Below, piece by piece: positions 1 to 8,836 of a stretch of 64,000 nt of DNA. Made by a program: the position numbers and the translations under genes. The notes under the pieces were generated by a model. The model ran no database searches, was not told where the DNA came from, and worked only from the letters and a program-made list of their open reading frames with translations. The stretch spans positions 62,001-126,000 of IMG/VR virus record IMGVR_UViG_3300033145_003233, one strand, 5' to 3'. The first letter of the stretch is position 1; every line of letters begins with the position of its first letter.

Positions 1-31
1 AAGTGAAAAGAATCATAGTATAATAGTTGCT

Positions 32-508
32 ATGAAAAAAGAATTTGTAATAATGCGTGGTCTTCCTGGCTCAGGTAAAAGCACCCTAGCTAAGCAATTA
101 GCAGGAACAAATGGTCAAATATTCTCTGCTGATGATTTCTTTATGGACACAGATGGAAACTATAATTTTGACCCTTCTAAATTAGGACAAGCTCATGAGT
201 GGAATTATAATAGAATCAGAGAGGCTATCAGCGCAGGGGCCTCCCCTGTTATCCTGGACAATACAAATGTTGCACAATGGGAGTTAAGGAAATTAAAACC
301 TCTCATAGAACATGCTACATTAAGAGGATACAAGTCAAGAATAGAAGAACCTCAAACTCCTTGGGCAATGGACCCAGAAGAACTTGCGAAAAGAAACACT
401 CACGGAGTTCCTCAAGAAGCTATTGAAGGAAAACTTAGAAAATGGGTTAAAGATCCCACAATAGAAGATATCCAAAGCAATTTTGGCATTCCTCAATCTC
501 CCCAATAA
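32..508 (+). CDS. P-loop kinase/ATPase, AAA_33 / N4BP2-like polynucleotide kinase
   Basis: Walker A MRGLPGSGKST; FSADDFF, HEWN and ILDNTN motifs typical of N4BP2-like kinases. Confidence 0.75.
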   Translation: MKKEFVIMRGLPGSGKSTLAKQLAGTNGQIFSADDFFMDTDGNYNFDPSKLGQAHEWNYNRIREAISAGASPVILDNTNVAQWELRKLKPLIEHATLRGYKSRIEEPQTPWAMDPEELAKRNTHGVPQEAIEGKLRKWVKDPTIEDIQSNFGIPQSPQ

Positions 509-565
509 AAATGGGGAGAAAACCCTTGCAGGCCTTCCCCCCACAGAGTAGTGGAATCAGGGGGG

Positions 566-1180
566 TTATTTACATTTTATCGCGTTAGCAAATAAATCTT
601 TTATTTTAACTTCTTCCATTTTATACCATCCGGTTGGCATATCATTAAAATATTGATTTATATATTGTTTATAAGAATTGAACCAGTTCTTTCTGTTTTT
701 TTCTGATGTTTTGTTTATTTTTTTTCGGCTAATTCCAGTCAAATATGTTGCATAGTCTTCTGCTTCTTTGTTTACATTATCAGAATCATTCTTATTGCAG
801 GAAGCAGGCCCCCAATGAAGCAACTTTCTATCTGAAGAAATGGCCCAACAGTCTACATTATATTTAGACAATTCTAAAAATTTCTTACTAAATTTTATAG
901 CTTGAGGATCATAACCTTGATTTTCTAAATTCTCGTCAGAACGACTTTCTTTAACTATTACATCATTTATAGCTATTAAGTCGCCAGAATTGAATTGAGT
1001 TTTAACTAAAACATCTATATCTCTAATTCTAAAATCTGAATTATCAATATTCTCAGCATAAGATCCCCAGAGATAAAGATCTTTAACTCCCTTTACTTTT
1101 CTAAAATCTTCTAACGCCCCTGATATGTGGGGCTTTATATCTTTTATCTTAGGCATACACTTTTCGTACCAAGAACTCAA
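566..1180 (-). CDS. Pol-beta superfamily nucleotidyltransferase-like protein
   Basis: LYLWGSY...IRDIDVLV matches the hG[GS]...DxD motif; TTG start. Confidence 0.6.
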   Translation of the reverse strand: MSSWYEKCMPKIKDIKPHISGALEDFRKVKGVKDLYLWGSYAENIDNSDFRIRDIDVLVKTQFNSGDLIAINDVIVKESRSDENLENQGYDPQAIKFSKKFLELSKYNVDCWAISSDRKLLHWGPASCNKNDSDNVNKEAEDYATYLTGISRKKINKTSEKNRKNWFNSYKQYINQYFNDMPTGWYKMEEVKIKDLFANAIKCK

Positions 1181-1321
1181 TATTAATCTCCTCGTAACTT
1201 TATTAATGTTTTTTATTTCAAGTATATTTATTATATTCCTTTTTTTGTCTTTCCGCTTAATGAAAAAAAGAGGTTTTTCCGATATATAAAAATATATAAA
1301 AGGGGTTTTAAAGTATAAAGA

Positions 1322-2179
1322 ATGAAAAAAATATTTTTAATTCTGTTATTGTTATCGTTAATAACTGCTGCTTGGGCAGGAACAAGAAGAACTAGGGAAC
1401 AAGAGTACCTGAAAGGGTCGTTCACTATAGAAGAAGGTATGTCTTTTTCCAGAAATTTTCGGGCTTGTGATGTAGATGGAGATCCCTTAATAATAGAAAT
1501 AGATGACTTGCCTCCAGGAGCAACTTTATCAGATGCCATACCTTTAATCTGGGACCCTGATCCCAATCATTGTAATAATGAATCAGATCCAAACTATTGC
1601 ATGACCTGTTTCTCTGGTTCTGTAAATACTAGTTGGTATATTTCAACTTTTGACTGGACCCCCGATTATACTCAAGCAGGATTCTATCAACTACATCTTC
1701 ATGTAATGGACGATCAGGGAGGAGATGATTGGGTGATGTATGAGATAACTGTTACCAATGTAGATCAAGGGCCTGGAACAAGAAGACCAAGAGAAGACGA
1801 ATATTTAGCAGCCACGATAAATGTATCAGAAGGAGAACTTGTTTCTGCTACTATCAGAACTTGTGATGTAGATGGAGACCCGATACAAATAGAAGTAGAA
1901 GATTTGCCTGCTGGGGCAATCTTGTCAGATGCCATTGAAATAGTCCCATCTCCTGATCCAAATGTGTGTGACGAAGATCCCAACAATATGGAAGCATGCC
2001 TTGCATGTTTAAATAGTCCTACTACAAGCTGGTATTCTGCCACTATAACGTGGACTCCAGATTATTCACAAGCAGGGCAATATAAGCTTTACGTTCACTC
2101 AATGTCTGGCCTTGGTGGAGAAGATTGGGTGGTGATAATAATAAATGTAGCCGATAAAAATAGAGAACCTGTATTATAA
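1322..2179 (+). CDS. Secreted protein with two Ig/cadherin-like (He_PIG-like) domains
   Basis: Signal peptide MKKIFLILLLL...AWA; two repeats of CDVDGDP..I.I.DLP.GA.L...WTPDY.QAG.Y.L. Confidence 0.7.
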   Translation: MKKIFLILLLLSLITAAWAGTRRTREQEYLKGSFTIEEGMSFSRNFRACDVDGDPLIIEIDDLPPGATLSDAIPLIWDPDPNHCNNESDPNYCMTCFSGSVNTSWYISTFDWTPDYTQAGFYQLHLHVMDDQGGDDWVMYEITVTNVDQGPGTRRPREDEYLAATINVSEGELVSATIRTCDVDGDPIQIEVEDLPAGAILSDAIEIVPSPDPNVCDEDPNNMEACLACLNSPTTSWYSATITWTPDYSQAGQYKLYVHSMSGLGGEDWVVIIINVADKNREPVL

Positions 2180-2196
2180 TTTATAAAGGAGAAAAA

Positions 2197-2643
2197 ATGA
2201 AAAAGAAAATGATATTACTTTTAATGATTGCTGCATGCTTAACTGTCAGCACTGTTCTATTTGGTGTGTCTAGACACACTAGGGTAGATGCGCCAGTTCG
2301 TTTTAGCATAACCATAACAGAAGGAGAAGCTCTCACAAAGACTATTTCATGTTATGACCCTGATGGAGACCCAGTGACCATTACGGTAGAAGACCTTCCA
2401 GCAGGAGCTAGTGTCGCCCCTCAGGTAACACAACCTCCTGGGTATAGTGATCCTGATTTGCCAGCTGTGCCTCCAGATGCCCCTAATGCCGTTTGGTACA
2501 CAAGAGAACTCACATGGACTCCTGATGCAGAACAGTCTGGGGTAGCCACAATTTATATTCATGCAACAGATGACTCAGGCGATGATGACTGGGTAAAATA
2601 CGAGATTACTGTTACTAACGTAAATCGTCCTCCTGTGTTATAA
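2197..2643 (+). CDS. Secreted single Ig/cadherin-like domain protein, paralog of upstream gene
   Basis: Signal peptide; CYDPDGDPVTITVEDLPAGA...WTPDAEQSG...DDWVKYEITVTNVNRPPVL aligns with the repeats of 1322..2179. Confidence 0.7.
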   Translation: MKKKMILLLMIAACLTVSTVLFGVSRHTRVDAPVRFSITITEGEALTKTISCYDPDGDPVTITVEDLPAGASVAPQVTQPPGYSDPDLPAVPPDAPNAVWYTRELTWTPDAEQSGVATIYIHATDDSGDDDWVKYEITVTNVNRPPVL

Positions 2644-2668
2644 CATATAGTTATTGTTATATAAAAAT

Positions 2669-2723
2669 AGAGGGTCTTATAGAATTACGATGGAGGAGGA
2701 GTAATTCTTAGACCCTCTTTTTT
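2669..2723 (+). terminator. Intrinsic terminator
   Basis: AGAGGGTCT...AGACCCTCT stem with inner AGAATTAC/GTAATTCT pairing, followed by a T run. Confidence 0.7.
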
Positions 2724-2736
2724 CCGATAATAAAAT

Positions 2737-3480
2737 ATGAAAAAAGAAATTTATAAATTTATAGACAAAGAAAAATATATTCCTGTTATAGCCAAGGAAA
2801 TAGTAGATACGTTTCAGACCGAAGCTGATCAAGAGAATATCGATTACAGCTTTACAATAAATAGAAAAACAGGAGAAGTATGTAATCAAGAGGCCAACAC
2901 ATATTTCCTTTTTGACACCTGTGGTCAAACTGTACTTCATAATTTTAAAAAAGCACTGTTTAATGATGATTTATCTCATATCGAAGAGGGAAGCGAAGAA
3001 GAGCAAAAATTAATGGAAGATGTTAAAAATTTTCTTTTAAAAGTTTGTAAAAATATAACAAAAGAATATTATGGAAATTTACAAGAAACAGTTAGAAGGG
3101 TAATTCTAGGAAATAAAGTTGATGCTGAAATAGCCCCTCTAGATATTATAGAAGTAATATCAATTGATTTAGCTGATTATTCTTCAATCCCAGAATCTTC
3201 AAAATATTTATTAAAGATAGGTAAGAAACCAGATTCAGATATAAACACAGATGAAATTATTAAATTTGTTCAGAATAGACAAGAAAAAACAGGCATGGAT
3301 ATTGATACAATTCTTTCTATTGAACAAAAAGCAGGAAACCCCATGTTTAAGAATGTCATAAGCATTGAAAAAGGTAGAAAATTTCTAAATGAAATCTCTA
3401 TTTATTTTTTTGTTGATTATTCTCTTAAAAATGAAAAAATAGAGGAAAAAGAGCTTGACAATAAGAAAGAAACAGTGTAG
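2737..3480 (+). CDS. Hypothetical protein
   Basis: 247 aa ORF; CCGATAATA motif just upstream of ATG. Confidence 0.7.
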   Translation: MKKEIYKFIDKEKYIPVIAKEIVDTFQTEADQENIDYSFTINRKTGEVCNQEANTYFLFDTCGQTVLHNFKKALFNDDLSHIEEGSEEEQKLMEDVKNFLLKVCKNITKEYYGNLQETVRRVILGNKVDAEIAPLDIIEVISIDLADYSSIPESSKYLLKIGKKPDSDINTDEIIKFVQNRQEKTGMDIDTILSIEQKAGNPMFKNVISIEKGRKFLNEISIYFFVDYSLKNEKIEEKELDNKKETV

Positions 3481-3483
3481 AAT
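3455..3483 (+). promoter_or_regulatory. Sigma70 promoter upstream of tRNA-Gly
   Basis: TTGACA-N17-TAGAAT with TG extension. Confidence 0.75.
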
Positions 3484-3492
3484 AGCTTGTGC

Positions 3493-3564
3493 GTCGTGTT
3501 GGTGTCAATGGTAGCATATCAGCCCGCCACGCTGAAGGTGAGGGTTCAAGTCCCTTACACGACT
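3493..3564 (+). tRNA. tRNA-Gly (GCC)
   Basis: Acceptor GTCGTGT/ACACGAC; anticodon arm TCAGC-CCGCCAC-GCTGA; T arm GAGGG-TTCAAGT-CCCTT; no encoded CCA. Confidence 0.9.
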
Positions 3565-4233
3565 TATCTCTTCTTTTGAAATTTTTCCATGCCCCAAATC
3601 CCAATGGTGGTTCGGGCATAAAAAGACTAGGTTATCAAAGGAATTAATTTCGTTTAAAGTTACATCGTCATTAAAACTCCCTATATCTTTAATGTGACAT
3701 AAATCTAAATGATTTAAATAATCGCATAATAAACATTTGTCAGATTTCAACTTATAATATCTAGCTACCTGATGAGCGTGATTTCTTATCCCTTGATATC
3801 TATTTTTAGATGCTGGAATTTTTCGAAATTCTCTTATAGACTTTTCTCCAAATTTTTTCATAGTATAAGGAATATAACATTTTCTACAAGTTTGCGATTG
3901 TCTGATTATCCTTTTTCCACATATTTTACACAGATTGGGAGGCCCATACCGTCTTTTATTACTATAGGTGGCATTACAAGATTGGGAACAAAATTTAGGA
4001 TTTTTTGTTTTTTTGCCGCAATTTTTACATTCAATAATGGGTCTTTTTGGAGGTTGGATTCTTACCACCTCTCCAAAACATTCTAATAATGCATTGTTCC
4101 AGGTGCCAAATCTTCTTTCAACAGTTGCAGAATTGTATCTCCCATATTCATCATAATATTTTTTAGAAGGGATAGATTTTATTTTATTTTTTACGCTCTT
4201 TAAGTCATCTAAAAGCTCTTGTGTCTTAATCAT
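3505..4233 (-). CDS. HNH homing endonuclease
   Basis: N-terminal YDEYGRYNSATVERRFGTWNNAL homing-endonuclease-associated repeat, CxxC clusters, LCHIK...NLVFLCPNHH HNH core; C-terminus runs antisense through the tRNA-Gly. Confidence 0.8.
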   Translation of the reverse strand: MIKTQELLDDLKSVKNKIKSIPSKKYYDEYGRYNSATVERRFGTWNNALLECFGEVVRIQPPKRPIIECKNCGKKTKNPKFCSQSCNATYSNKRRYGPPNLCKICGKRIIRQSQTCRKCYIPYTMKKFGEKSIREFRKIPASKNRYQGIRNHAHQVARYYKLKSDKCLLCDYLNHLDLCHIKDIGSFNDDVTLNEINSFDNLVFLCPNHHWDLGHGKISKEEISRVRDLNPHLQRGGLICYH

Positions 4234-4359
4234 TTTAGGTTCTCCAGAATCGAAATACACAATATCATCTTCCTTATATATTATGTACTACAAACGAGAT
4301 ACCTCTTTTTTATTTCATACACTCGAAAATTCATTCCTATAATATTTTTCAAAAAGTCC

Positions 4360-4388
4360 TTGACAAAAGTATATAAAAGTAGTATAAT
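4360..4388 (+). promoter_or_regulatory. Consensus sigma70 promoter
   Basis: TTGACA-N17-TATAAT. Confidence 0.85.
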
Positions 4389-4400
4389 GTCGATATTAGA

Positions 4401-4557
4401 ATAGAGGAACTGTAGGCGTAGATACGATCCATAAATTGCTATGTCAAGTTCGCTAGCGACTCGTTGGTAGTTTAAAATCCTTAACGATTGGATATTTAGG
4501 ACCAATCAGCGAGACATATAAGGTGGAGAATCGGGAATCCTTACTACATTTCTCTGT
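4401..4557 (+). ncRNA. Candidate structured RNA or long structured leader (~157 nt)
   Basis: Closing stem ATAGAGGAACTGTAG/CTACATTTCTCTGT; inner TATGTC/GACATA, TCGCT/AGCGA, TCGTT/AACGA and TTGG/CCAA pairings; directly after a consensus promoter. Confidence 0.5.
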
Positions 4558-4586
4558 TTCGTAAGTAATTTATCTAGGAAATAGAC

Positions 4587-5120
4587 ATGGAAACAAAAGA
4601 AGAATTAAAAGAAAAGATTAAAAAACTTGATCGTCAGCAAGATAGAATTCATGCGCAAAGTCAAGCCCTATGGAATCAAGGCTCAGAAATACAAAAACAA
4701 AGAGAAAAAGTTGTTATGGAGTATTTTAAGGTTTGTGGTTTTCTAAGCAGAATGACATGGAGAATTGATACTCCTAATTTCTTCGATAGATTTATGTTAT
4801 CCGCTAAAGAAGATTGGATACAATGTCCCCAAGAACTTGTTGATATACTTAAACCTAGTTATCATGAGCACTATTCTTTTGATGAGAATGAGATAGAGGG
4901 AGTGAAATTTAAATTACATTTTGATGATGGAGAAATATCTTTAGAGATAATATTAGACGAAGGTAATACCAATATAAATGATATACAAAGATTCTTAGAA
5001 CTATGGAAAATAAAAGTAGATTTAACAACAATAGAAAATGACATAATTGACCATCAAAAAAAGATAGACACAAAACAAAAAATTATTAATTCCTTTAATA
5101 GCATAAGAGAGAAAAAATGA
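4587..5120 (+). CDS. Hypothetical protein
   Basis: 177 aa ORF with coiled-coil-like N-terminus. Confidence 0.7.
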   Translation: METKEELKEKIKKLDRQQDRIHAQSQALWNQGSEIQKQREKVVMEYFKVCGFLSRMTWRIDTPNFFDRFMLSAKEDWIQCPQELVDILKPSYHEHYSFDENEIEGVKFKLHFDDGEISLEIILDEGNTNINDIQRFLELWKIKVDLTTIENDIIDHQKKIDTKQKIINSFNSIREKK

Positions 5121-5428
5121 AACATGGTCGTCTTCTATCTATTACCCCTGAAAAAGTTGGACCTCACAAAATGGAAATACGAGTTGATGGTCGTGCCATC
5201 GGGACTGTTCAAGGAGAAGTATTTAAAACTATAGAAACCAAGAAATTCAGAAAAAATGTATTAAATGAAAAAACAGGACGTTATGAAGAGAAAATAGTAG
5301 AAGAGAAAACAGAAGGAACTGTTAATAGCATGATAGAAAAAACTAAAGCAATAGTAGAATGGATGACAACTCAATACAAGCCAATGACTCATGGAGAATT
5401 GTCCTTTATAGATCCAAAACATTTATGA
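5117..5428 (+). CDS. Hypothetical protein
   Basis: 103 aa ORF, ATGA overlap with upstream gene. Confidence 0.65.
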   Translation: MKHGRLLSITPEKVGPHKMEIRVDGRAIGTVQGEVFKTIETKKFRKNVLNEKTGRYEEKIVEEKTEGTVNSMIEKTKAIVEWMTTQYKPMTHGELSFIDPKHL

Positions 5429-5988
5429 ACGATCAGCCATCAAAATATTATCTAATTACAGATACCCACTTCTTTCATGATAAAATGACACTCTATTGTA
5501 ATAGACCTTCTGATTTTGACAGGATTATTATAAACCAGTGGAGAAATATAGTAAAACCTCAAGATGTAGTTTTTCATCTAGGAGATGTAATATGGGGATC
5601 TCAAGATCAGCTAATCTCAGTTATGAACCAGCTGCCTGGAATAAAAATCCTTATCAGGGGGAATCACGATAGAAACCATTCTAACAACTGGTTTATAAGG
5701 GCTGGCTTTGCAGCAGTGGTAGAAAAAGTCCAAGTTAGTGGTATTGTTCTTTCTCATTTTCCCGCGATTTTATCAGAAGAAGAACTCAAAAGAGGAATAA
5801 TTAATGTCCACGGACATTTTCACAATAATCCTGCCGACAAATGGGAAAGAGAACAAAAGAAAAAAATCACTAAAAATCACTATATTTTGGTCCTAGAAGA
5901 TGTGGGATATATGCCAATATCCCTACAATCTGTCTTAAAACGAAAATTTATCAAAAGTTCTCAGAAAATTCTTGAAAGTGAAAGATAA
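5425..5988 (+). CDS. Calcineurin-like metallophosphoesterase
   Basis: LITDTHFFH, VFHLGD, GNHD, SHFP and VHGHFH motifs; ATG at 5425 overlaps the upstream stop. Confidence 0.9.
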   Translation: MNDQPSKYYLITDTHFFHDKMTLYCNRPSDFDRIIINQWRNIVKPQDVVFHLGDVIWGSQDQLISVMNQLPGIKILIRGNHDRNHSNNWFIRAGFAAVVEKVQVSGIVLSHFPAILSEEELKRGIINVHGHFHNNPADKWEREQKKKITKNHYILVLEDVGYMPISLQSVLKRKFIKSSQKILESER

Positions 5989-6054
5989 TGTGGTATAAAG
6001 TGATAAGTTGTATTAATGATGTAGATATGGTTAAATTTTTCAAAGGATGAAGAA

Positions 6055-6333
6055 ATGGCAAGAAATGGCGTAAAAATAATTGACAGAGCCGTAGGAAGGT
6101 TCAAGGGGATAGTGAAGGACCTCGACAATGGTATTAATGCCTGTGGCAAAGAGCAAACGAAAAATACCGCGAAGGTGGACAAGCTAACTGCCAAGAACGA
6201 GGTATTACAAACCAAAACGAAGCAGGCAGTAATCTTCAGAGATAATCTGAATTCTATGCTTCATGACGAAAAACCCCCTTCTGGAGAAGAAAAGGCCGAA
6301 GAGCCGGAAAATGCCGAAGATCAGGAAAATTAA
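6055..6333 (+). CDS. Hypothetical protein
   Basis: 92 aa ORF with SD-like GGATGAAG, downstream of a TTGAAA-AGTGA promoter. Confidence 0.6.
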   Translation: MARNGVKIIDRAVGRFKGIVKDLDNGINACGKEQTKNTAKVDKLTAKNEVLQTKTKQAVIFRDNLNSMLHDEKPPSGEEKAEEPENAEDQEN

Positions 6334-6418
6334 TTCTGCGAGGACATAATATCTGATTAAAGGAGTTCTGTCATTTATTTCGAATATATAGATATAAACT
6401 ATTTATATAGGAGAAATA

Positions 6419-7105
6419 ATGAGAAAAAGGACAAATGTAGTATGGGCGTCCCCTCTTAAGGAACTGAAAAAAGTTGTTGCTGAAAGCAATAGCTTAGCTG
6501 ATATTTTAAGACATTTCGATCTTCCTTTAGCGAGTGCAAATTATAGAACTCTAAAGAAAAGATTAAATGAAGAAAAGATCATCTATACTCATATCCAGTT
6601 AGGAATAAATAGTAACAGAGGTAGGAAATTTCATGGCAAGGGGATTCCTTTATCAGAAGTGATGATAGAAAATTCTAATTATGATAGAGGATCTTTAAAA
6701 AAAAGACTGATAAGAAATAGCATGTTAAAAAATAGATGTGCTATATGTAATTTAGAACCAATCTGGCAAGATAAAAATTTAACAATGGTTCTAGACCATA
6801 TTAATGGGAATGGTAGTGATCATAGGTTAGAAAATTTAAGATTATTATGCCCTAATTGCAACAGCCAAACTTCTACCTTTTCCGGCAGACATCGCAAAAA
6901 ACGTTATTATTGTAAAGAATGCGGAGAAGAAAGAAAATGGAAAGATTCTAAATTGTGTCACAAGTGTTCAGGAATTCAAAGAAGAAAGGTCAAAAATAGA
7001 CCTCCTAAAAAACGGTTATTGAAAGAAATAGAAGAAACTAATTGTTGTGCTGTAGGTAGAAAATATGGTGTTTCTAACAGTGCTATTATAAAATGGTTGA
7101 AATAA
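6419..7105 (+). CDS. HNH endonuclease
   Basis: CAIC...LDHINGNGSDHRLENLRLLCPNCNSQT; AGGAG SD. Confidence 0.85.
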   Translation: MRKRTNVVWASPLKELKKVVAESNSLADILRHFDLPLASANYRTLKKRLNEEKIIYTHIQLGINSNRGRKFHGKGIPLSEVMIENSNYDRGSLKKRLIRNSMLKNRCAICNLEPIWQDKNLTMVLDHINGNGSDHRLENLRLLCPNCNSQTSTFSGRHRKKRYYCKECGEERKWKDSKLCHKCSGIQRRKVKNRPPKKRLLKEIEETNCCAVGRKYGVSNSAIIKWLK

Positions 7106-7145
7106 AAAAAGGGTTCGGCCCATCTTGGTCGAAGTTTAATATGAC

Positions 7146-7217
7146 TGAGCAGTAGTTCAATGGTAGAACGTCTGGCTCTGAACCAGAAGGTTGTAGGTTC
7201 AAGTCCTACCTGCTCAA
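7146..7217 (+). tRNA. tRNA-Gln (CTG)
   Basis: Acceptor TGAGCAG/CTGCTCA; D arm GTTC/GAAC; anticodon arm TCTGG-CTCTGAA-CCAGA; T arm GTAGG-TTCAAGT-CCTAC. Confidence 0.95.
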
Positions 7218-7313
7218 CTTTAAGAAAGAAAATGGAAAAAGAAAACGACAGTTTAGAATCTGACCCGTATCATCAGCGATGGTGCGGAATAAATTCTAGG
7301 GTAAGAACAGAGA

Positions 7314-7610
7314 ATGATTTCAAGGACTATATCTATAGATATTGTACGGCATCTACAAAAGAAAGGATATTCTGTAGATGATATATCTAATTCTATGGGT
7401 ACGTCTCCTCAACACATAAATAATGTCATAGATAAAAAAGAACCTCTCACACCTGACGATATCAATATTTATCTCAATAACACCAAAATATCATTTTGGG
7501 AATTTGCCTATGAAGCTATCCCACTTTCACATCTCCCCGAAAAGGCCCAAAAAAGAATTCTACTTTGCAAAGAGATTGCAGAACACTTGAAAAAAAAGAA
7601 TAAAAAGTAG
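7314..7610 (+). CDS. XRE-like helix-turn-helix protein
   Basis: LQKKGYSVDDISNSMGTSPQHINNVI has an HTH pattern. Confidence 0.6.
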   Translation: MISRTISIDIVRHLQKKGYSVDDISNSMGTSPQHINNVIDKKEPLTPDDINIYLNNTKISFWEFAYEAIPLSHLPEKAQKRILLCKEIAEHLKKKNKK

Positions 7611-7689
7611 TTGATAGTGAAAGTGATTTATGGTATAATGCCAACTGATTAAATATGAATAATTATAACTAATTACAGGATAATGACTT

Positions 7690-8349
7690 ATGAATAATAA
7701 TGATAATGATAAAAAATTACTTTTAGGGTGTGAATGCCGATGCATGAACCATATAGCCCGTTTTGACTATTATATTCCTACCACAAAAGAAGAAGAGGAA
7801 GATGAAGAATATAATGTTGTTTATTTTACAGTAACTACAGCAAATCTTTTTAGTAGTATTGTCCCCCCAATCAGATATTGCTATGATCTTAGTGATTGGG
7901 CGGCATATTTCAGATGGCATATCTTCAATCGCATATGGATAGCTCTTAACCATATTTTTAATCTCCACTATACAAAAAAAGATGGAATACTAAATTGCTT
8001 TGATTTTATGAATAAAGACCTTCCTGCTCTTTATGAATTTCTTACTTATCTATCAAAAGAAGAAACTAAGGTATCATTTACCTCTCCTGTAAATATCCAC
8101 AATGAGAGATTAGCAATAATCTTCTCATCCCTACAAATAATCGAACAGACTCCATGGGGATTAGGGTGGGAACCACAATTTATAAGAAGAGGTTTTTTCA
8201 GAAAAATCAAAGATGGATTTAAATATATATTTGGGATGTTTCCTGACGAACAGGATTTTGAAATAACAAAAAAACAAGCAGCAGCATTAAAGGGATTAAT
8301 AACTTCTATATTAGAAAAAGAAGAAAAGAGGATCGATGGAACAGACTAA
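7690..8349 (+). CDS. Hypothetical protein
   Basis: 219 aa ORF behind a TTGATA-N17-TATAAT promoter. Confidence 0.65.
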   Translation: MNNNDNDKKLLLGCECRCMNHIARFDYYIPTTKEEEEDEEYNVVYFTVTTANLFSSIVPPIRYCYDLSDWAAYFRWHIFNRIWIALNHIFNLHYTKKDGILNCFDFMNKDLPALYEFLTYLSKEETKVSFTSPVNIHNERLAIIFSSLQIIEQTPWGLGWEPQFIRRGFFRKIKDGFKYIFGMFPDEQDFEITKKQAAALKGLITSILEKEEKRIDGTD

Positions 8350-8776
8350 AGATCAAGGAGTCAAAGTAGGACTAACTGCTATGATTGTAAGAGATGGTAA
8401 GGTCTTACTTGGAGAAAGAAACAACACAGAGACAGCGAAAGGGCTTTGGGCATTTCCAGGAGGAAGAATGGACTATGGGGAGACTCCTAAAAGTGGCCTT
8501 GCAAGGGAAGTATTCGAAGAGACTGGATTAGTAGTAGATTTCTCTCGTTTAAAATTTCTTCGCTATGCAAATGAACCTTTTATTGAAGAAAAAAAACACT
8601 ATGTAAGTTTAGTGTTTTTAGTATGGGGTCTTCATGGAGAGCCAGAGATAAAAGAACCAGACAAATGTAAAGAATGGAAGTGGTTCTTTCTTGATGAACT
8701 TCCAAGCAATATATTTATTCCGTGTCTTAACAGTATCAACATATATAAAGACGAAGTAGAACTACTCCAGAAATAA
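8336..8776 (+). CDS. NUDIX hydrolase
   Basis: Nudix box PGGRMDYGETPKSGLAREVFEETGL. Confidence 0.9.
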   Translation: MEQTKDQGVKVGLTAMIVRDGKVLLGERNNTETAKGLWAFPGGRMDYGETPKSGLAREVFEETGLVVDFSRLKFLRYANEPFIEEKKHYVSLVFLVWGLHGEPEIKEPDKCKEWKWFFLDELPSNIFIPCLNSINIYKDEVELLQK

Positions 8777-8811
8777 TTTTCCAGACAAATGTTTTTCTGG
8801 AACAATAAAGA
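8777..8811 (+). promoter_or_regulatory. Putative phage promoter class TTTTCCAGACA-N18-TA(A/T/G)A
   Basis: Same box and the same 18-nt spacing to a -10-like hexamer as at 43434-43468 and 51754-51788. Confidence 0.5.
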
Positions 8812-8836
8812 AAAAGATGTAAAAAGGATGAAGTAA

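Noticed and set aside
509-570. G/C-rich intergenic stretch between convergent genes as an ncRNA
   Set aside because: Only about 55 nt with short, imperfect stems; more likely a bidirectional terminator, but too imperfect to call.
7108-7140. GGGTTCGGCCC segment as a third tRNA or tRNA fragment
   Set aside because: No cloverleaf or acceptor stem can be built; at most a short hairpin.
7160-7381. 73-aa ORF MVERLALNQKVVGSSPTCS
   Set aside because: Spurious translation through tRNA-Gln.
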